In this document: piece by piece, positions 57,970 through 64,000 of the stretch
Layout of the letters: every line of letters starts with the position of its first letter
Numbering within the stretch: position 1 is the stretch's first letter
Origin: Octopus vulgaris
Lineage: Eukaryota
Assembly: GCA_951406725.2 (NCBI GenBank)
Contig: OX597814.1
Coordinates: 43,214,001 to 43,278,000, forward strand
Direction: 5' to 3'
Length of the DNA: 64,000 nucleotides
Notes under the pieces: generated by a model
Databases searched by the model: none
What the model was told of the DNA's origin: nothing
The model's input: the letters and a program-made list of their open reading frames with translations, nothing else
Position numbers and translations under genes: made by a program

Positions 57970-59984
57970 GTCTTTCGCACATACTCATCTTTCAGATGCA
58001 AGTACATGCGTATTTCTTTTTTGTATGTGCGTCTGTGTGTGTGAGAGAGAGAGAGGGGAAGAGAGAGAGTGAAGGTGTGTGTTGTCAAGCATATATGAGT
58101 GACACTCTCTCGCTCATTCACTGTCTTTCATATAAACGTACATACATCACTACATATGCATAAATCTTTTTCGTATATGTGTATGAGAGAGGGAGGGAGA
58201 GAGAGAGTGAGTGAAGATGGGTGTTGTCATCTATGTATTGTTTTGCATGCATGTGTAAGTGGCACTCACTCTAACTCGCACACACGCACACACTACCTTT
58301 CATATACAGGTACATATATAGATACATATACACACAGCTTTTGTGTGTATGTGTGACAGAGGGAGAGAGAGTGTGTCACTTACACATTATAACACACCTT
58401 TACTCACTCAAATTCTCCCTCTCTCTCATTCTCTCTCTCTCTCTTTCACACACACACACACACACACGTCCATCTTTCTTTTTCTCCTTTCATTCGGTTT
58501 CTGCTATCGAGGTAACGAAATACTACCATGGAGGGCGTGTAATAGGAGGGTTAAGGTGGATGGTCATGAGAGGTGGAGGTGTGGTTGGAAGGGTAGGGGA
58601 GAGGTTCCTCAAACCCTTCCACTTTAACCGGTGGTATAACTGAGAAATGTATAGGGAAGTGTATAGAAATGTGCCGCAGCCACCCGTCTAGGAGGGAAGG
58701 TGTCGTCCCCTCGTTTACCGGGTTGTATGTAATGTTAGTTATTAGTATACAATATTTTTTAATATCTCTATCCAAGTATGGTTGCTCACATTTTATTTAA
58801 AATAGAAATATCCAGTGATAATAAGTCGAGTTGCTCGAAGAATTTTAAAATAGGGAATGTAAGCATATATTAATTTTTTATCCATATCCAAGAATAAATA
58901 CTCACATCAGATTTAAATGTGAAATATCAAGTGTTAACAAGGCGAGTTGTTTCAAAAATACCCAAAAATATGTATTGGAATTTTATCAAGATATAACATT
59001 TTGTAATTCCTATGCAAGTAGAAATAGTCTTATCGAATTTAGATCTGAAATATCGAGTGTACACTAGCTAATATTATTAGGTCCATCCCACGAACAATTA
59101 TTTGAAACAACTCATGTCGATATATCTAACTAATGTCACGGGAATATTGAAATTTAAAATTTATTAAAATGAAAGATATCCTACAGTGTATATTAACTAA
59201 AGGACCTAATGAATAAATAACTTATATCAATGTAATAAGAGTTTTTATCGGTCGGGCGTCCGTATGAAATGCTTTCGTTATTTAGAAACCTTCCTGCTTT
59301 TTTCTTATAAAAATTACGTTGTCTAACATCGAATTTTAAGTTTTACATTATAGTAATTCCAGTTCTTCACGGAGAAACCCTGCACTGAAGGGGTGACAGG
59401 TGCGTAGCACCAGCCTTGCTGTAAACACGTTTATGGTTTAGGGATAGAGTTATGGTTAGTTTTTAGTGGGCATGTTGTTATTGGAGATATGTCCCACATT
59501 TTGGTCCCGTCACAATTATGTTTATCTGGAAGCAAGAATTGCTTGTAAGTGTTGGAGTCAATGCGCGCGCGACAGGATCGTACACAGAAGTTTTGATGAG
59601 AAAAGTACTTTTACATACCTTGCTGCCAATTCATTGGATTAATCCCAACGTTTTTGATAACAACATATTCTCTCTTCCAATTAAATATTGAAAAAGAGAG
59701 AAAATGCCACCCTCTCTGCTGCACGAGAAATTGATTTTGGCGCTAAGAACTCAACCACTTGTTTCATTATCACAATTAAAAAGTGTTTATCTTTACTTTT
59801 AAAATAAAAGAGGTAGGGTCGTAGACGTATGACGGAGAATAATTCAGTATCGTGTTTGCTTTTCAAATTCAATTTAAGGCGTTATATTTGAAGTGATTTA
59901 GAGAAAATCTTACTTACTTAATTATTGATGTGTACCCTTTAATGATTTTTTTATTAATTTCTTTCGAAATATAATTTTAGATAG

Positions 59985-60460
59985 TAGAAATCCTTAAATT
60001 CAAGCTTGAAAAAGCAAAAATGTGTTTACTTTTGTGCATGAATTGAAACTTGGACACAATGCTTCCAAAACAGCCGCCAATATCAGCAAAGCATGGGGTG
60101 AAGGTTCCACTAGAGGTCGGACGGTACAACGGTGGTTTGAGAGATTCCGTAGTGGACATGGGGACCATGTTGATCAAGACGGTAGAGGATGCCCATGCAC
60201 CCTTGATGATCAGCATTTGAAAACAATACAGCTTTCTAAACCTAACATTACATATGCTCATTACATAGGAAATTTACTTTTAGCAACCGGTAGAAATGTA
60301 TCTTCACTTGAGCAAAATGCACTGTTAATCGGTGTGATTCAATTATTTTTTAAGACAATGCTCAACCGCACGTTTCCGGGAGGAAACTACAAAAGCTCAC
60401 AAAATCAGGATAGGAGACTTCAAGAAATCCTCCATATTATTCTGTTCTTTCACCTTTAAG
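59985..60460 (+). mobile_element. Internally deleted mariner transposase relic
   Basis: ORF 60022 has ELKLGHNASKTAANISKAWGEG..RTVQRWFERFRSG...GRG.P (HTH). Another frame has F*DNAQPHVS...KL....NPPYYSVLSP. Confidence 0.85.
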
Positions 60461-61228
60461 AGCGGTCTGGTTCATTATTAGTATGCTCGTTTGTATGAGC
60501 AGTCGTGTTTATTTCAGATATTCTTATTTAAAAAATCATCTGTGCCTAATCGTTGAGGGGATATTGGTGTTATTTTGGCGGAGGTGTGCGCTCTCTGATT
60601 ACTCTTGCTTTAATTTAAAATAGGCAATTCAATCTATTTTAAATTTCCTTACTCGCAGAATTTAAAACTTATGTATTTATTTATTTTATTTTATTAATCT
60701 GTTTGATAACATTTATGTATGAACGGAAATAACACTTCACCAAATTCTATTTAAAGAAACATGTTTGTTTGTTTGTTCTTTATATATTTTGTGTATTAAT
60801 TACATTGCCTCATCCGCTAGGCATCAATTTATTACAGCTTCATTTTATCGTATCTGTCAAGTTAGCTACATATATATTTGTTTCCATCTCTTTGCGACTA
60901 TTTGAAAAGAAATCATCGTCTATATTTATGAGCTGTATATGTACACATACATAAAACATCACCCAAACACCTTTCATGTTTAGTTCTTAAGGAAGTTTAA
61001 CTATTTCTATACAAGCTGCAATGGAAATTTATAATAATTGAATTTATGCTAAACTTAAGTATAGTTTATGTAACACTAACAAGGTTTGACTGCATAAATT
61101 ATTGATGAAGAACAGAAAATCCACCAAACACGGGGAAAAAAAAGGAAATTAATTTATATTTTACACCTAAATTAAATTATCGACTGCATCAAATATATGT
61201 GGGATATCTAAGCTTATATGCACACACA

Positions 61229-61282
<54 letters not shown>

Positions 61283-61799
61283 CATGCTTTTACACTTATA
61301 TGAAACCTGAGTATTTGGTTAAGGGGTTAATGCTTGATTCATGTATTTAGTTTACATGTTATATCAAAAACCTCATTAGTAGTTCATAATATATTTTCGA
61401 ATTAATTTTTAACTGTACAAATTTGAAAACATGGTATCGAAAAGAATTACAAGATTATATTACTTTGCCTTCAATTCAATCGTCATCAACAGTCAATCTC
61501 ATTATGTATTTGAGTATTCCTATGTTTCTTAGTATCATATACATATCGATTACTATTTTCAATATCGGTATTTTCATTGTCGAAATTCACAAGCACTAGT
61601 TTTATATACATGTGTATCATTTACTTATCATGCTTTGTGCTTGTTAATTTTACTCCCAATAGAATGTTTCTTTTGAGAAGATTCTCACAGAGACAATATA
61701 CTTATTTCCTTGGTAACAATTCTCTGTTAAGTACTACGTTCGTTTTTAGTAAGATTAGGGAGCGCGAAATTCGAACGACTAGATTATGTGTGTGTGTGC

Positions 61800-61834
<35 letters not shown>

Positions 61835-63025
61835 TGTGTCTGTCTGTGTGTGTCTGTGTATATGCTTGCGCGTGTTTGTGAGTGAGTGAGAGAGAGATGA
61901 GATATTACGAATATGTGTACTTTGAAATGTAATATCCGTTAAAAATTTATGATAATAGTGTAATTATATTTCCGCATTAAAAAGTAAACTGTATAGATAT
62001 TTATCTTCAAAAAATGTAGCTTCCAAAATATTGGTTTTCGTCTTGTATAACATTCAAAGCAGAAAGGAATTGTTGTAGTTTGAAAAAAAGGAAGGATAAA
62101 TGGTTAAGAACTTTGTAATGATTACAAACGCATGCACAACTAAGAATGGTGGGTATAAACATTTGTTTTTTTTATATTTCAGTGTGGGATAACTTGTTCA
62201 ATATCTAAACAGCATAACTAACTTATTATTTTAGATGATTATTTCAAGTTAGCTAAATGCACGTTCATGTACATTTTTTTACTAAGGGATGAAATGATAA
62301 TTACATACAAGATTATTTCCAAAAGACGATGCAGTGTAACAGCTACCAATTTTATATATAGTATAAATACTTGAATCCTTCTGTGAACAGAAGATAGGTA
62401 TACTCTCAATGAAGTATGTTAAATGATATGATGAAGTGGAAACTAGTGAGAGTGATTCTATTTTTCTACATGTAGGAAGATAAACTCTTACACGTGAACC
62501 ACTAAAGATGTTTTTCATGCCTAAGCCAAAAGTGTACGTTTATGAAAATGATACATTAGATTACATTTCAAAACAACTCTGCAGTGCGTCATTAATAAAT
62601 CAATGAACCGCACATCTGATCCTGTAGTGTTAAGTAAACAAGATAGAGAAGTTTCACTGTGTTCTAATTTATATAGCGAATAAATTCCTGAAAGCTGCAA
62701 TACATTTTTTTGAGCGTTTGGTGTGTGTGTGTTTACGTGTTCAGGCGATGGATATCTTCACAGAGATGAAAGCCTAAACAGACTGGGAAATAATGAGATC
62801 GATCCCAAATTTTAAGATCTGGGAGATATAAAAAAATTGTGTTTAAAACATTTTTCTATTTACTTCTTAATTGAAAAGAAATCAAACAAAATTGATAATT
62901 GCGTATGTTTAACTACGCATGTTGATAGATATGTAAGTAAATGTATATAATTGCATGCATTCTGGTCTATATATTTATATGTAGAACATATAAATCTATC
63001 TATCTACCTATCTATCGGTTAATAA

Positions 63026-63106
<81 letters not shown>

Positions 63107-63434
63107 TGACACACTCTAAATGTTTTCTTGGTGTTAAACACTTTTAAGATGTGGTACTTCGTCGAGAGTCCTTCTACAGTGTTAAAAATATAAACACAAT
63201 ATATTTCAAAACCTGGCGAAACAAATACCCCGAGAGTTGAAGGAAAATAATGGATAAACTGATTTCCCAGTAATTTCTACTCGATTCACCCTCGATACAA
63301 ATTCGAATCATTGAGCTGAAATATACACAGGTAGTGTCAGATCTCTGTTTATTTGAATCAGAGCTATATAAGTATAAAAAAAAATCAAATTGTAAAGAAC
63401 AGTCATATATATATATATATATGATGGACTCTCC

Positions 63435-63502
<68 letters not shown>

Positions 63503-63636
63503 ATGAGGGTGTCTAAAAGACACCAACATGCTGAAATAGCAGTCGAAACTCTGACTATAAAACCACGTTAAATGTTCATATCGCACCATGAGGTAAAGCG
63601 GAGGGACAAAACATACAAGCAAAAATTATTGAATAA

Positions 63637-63694
63637 TTCATGATCCAAGGATTTCTGGTTCTGCTTTAGATAAGCTTTACCGTCATCAATTGAA
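63637..63694 (-). ncRNA. Hammerhead motif, mirror copy in the left arm
   Basis: Reverse complement of the 63868-63925 motif. The inner stem II GCUU/AAGC is intact and the first stem-I pair is mismatched. Confidence 0.6.
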
Positions 63695-63867
63695 TATATC
63701 AAGGGTACATAAATACAGATACATATATGCACAGCAAATGATGATTTGGCGGGCGACTCAAACTGGCTGTGTCCATACGTGCATATGTATGTATGTGCGA
63801 CGCTCGTATATGTAAGTATATCGTTTGCTGTGCATATATGTATCTGTATTTATGTACCCTTGATATA

Positions 63868-63925
63868 TTCAATTGATGACGGTAAAGCCTATCTAAAGCA
63901 GAACCAGAAATCCTTGGATCTTGAA
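63868..63925 (+). ncRNA. Type I hammerhead motif (UUGAUGA core) in the right arm
   Basis: UUCAA-UUGAUGA-C GGU..ACC A-GAA-AUCC UU GGAU-C-UUGAA, with a 5-bp stem I and an AUC cleavage triplet. Confidence 0.68.
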
Positions 63926-64000
63926 TTATTCAATAATTTTTGCTTGTATGTTTTGTCCCTCCGCTTTACCTCATGGTGCGATATGAACATTTAACGTGGT

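Larger units (their letters stand above)
63495..64000. repeat. Long foldback (inverted repeat): arms 63562-63742 and 63820-64000 or beyond, ~77-bp spacer
   Basis: The 181-bp arms are reverse complements with 3 mismatches seen by eye. The element starts next to (TA)n and the right arm runs off the window. Confidence 0.95.

Noticed and set aside
59440-59465. Telomeric repeat
   Set aside because: Only a few degenerate GGTT(T)AG units, not a (TTAGGG)n array.

Overview
AT-rich, microsatellite-saturated eukaryotic non-genic DNA. The SINE families and repeat landscape look like an octopus/cephalopod genome, which is my inference. I found no host protein-coding exon I can support, and most ORF-track entries are translations of (TA)n/(CA)n/(GATA)n/(ATT)n repeats. 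The window is dominated by decayed transposons: three mariner relics, a Tc1 IR/DR end, a DD41D-like transposase, three stacked R4/Dong-like RLE retroelements, a Tx1/L1-like RT, two CR1/L2-type 3' ends, Penelope-like fragments and several tRNA-type SINEs. There is also a ~4.8 kb Helitron with both canonical termini, a second Helitron helicase and a tandem pair of non-autonomous Helitrons. The most notable signal is a set of type-I hammerhead-ribozyme (HHR) motifs with palindromic or very short stem III, in short non-coding elements next to (TA)n tracts. They lie at 28949-29012 (-), ~30262-30335 (-, at the boundary of a 547-bp tandem unit), 38125-38161 (+) and 43191-43228 (-), plus a mirror-image pair in the arms of a long foldback at 63562-64000. 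Together they suggest several Penelope-pLTR/retrozyme-like families. All folds and translations were done by eye and none was computed.
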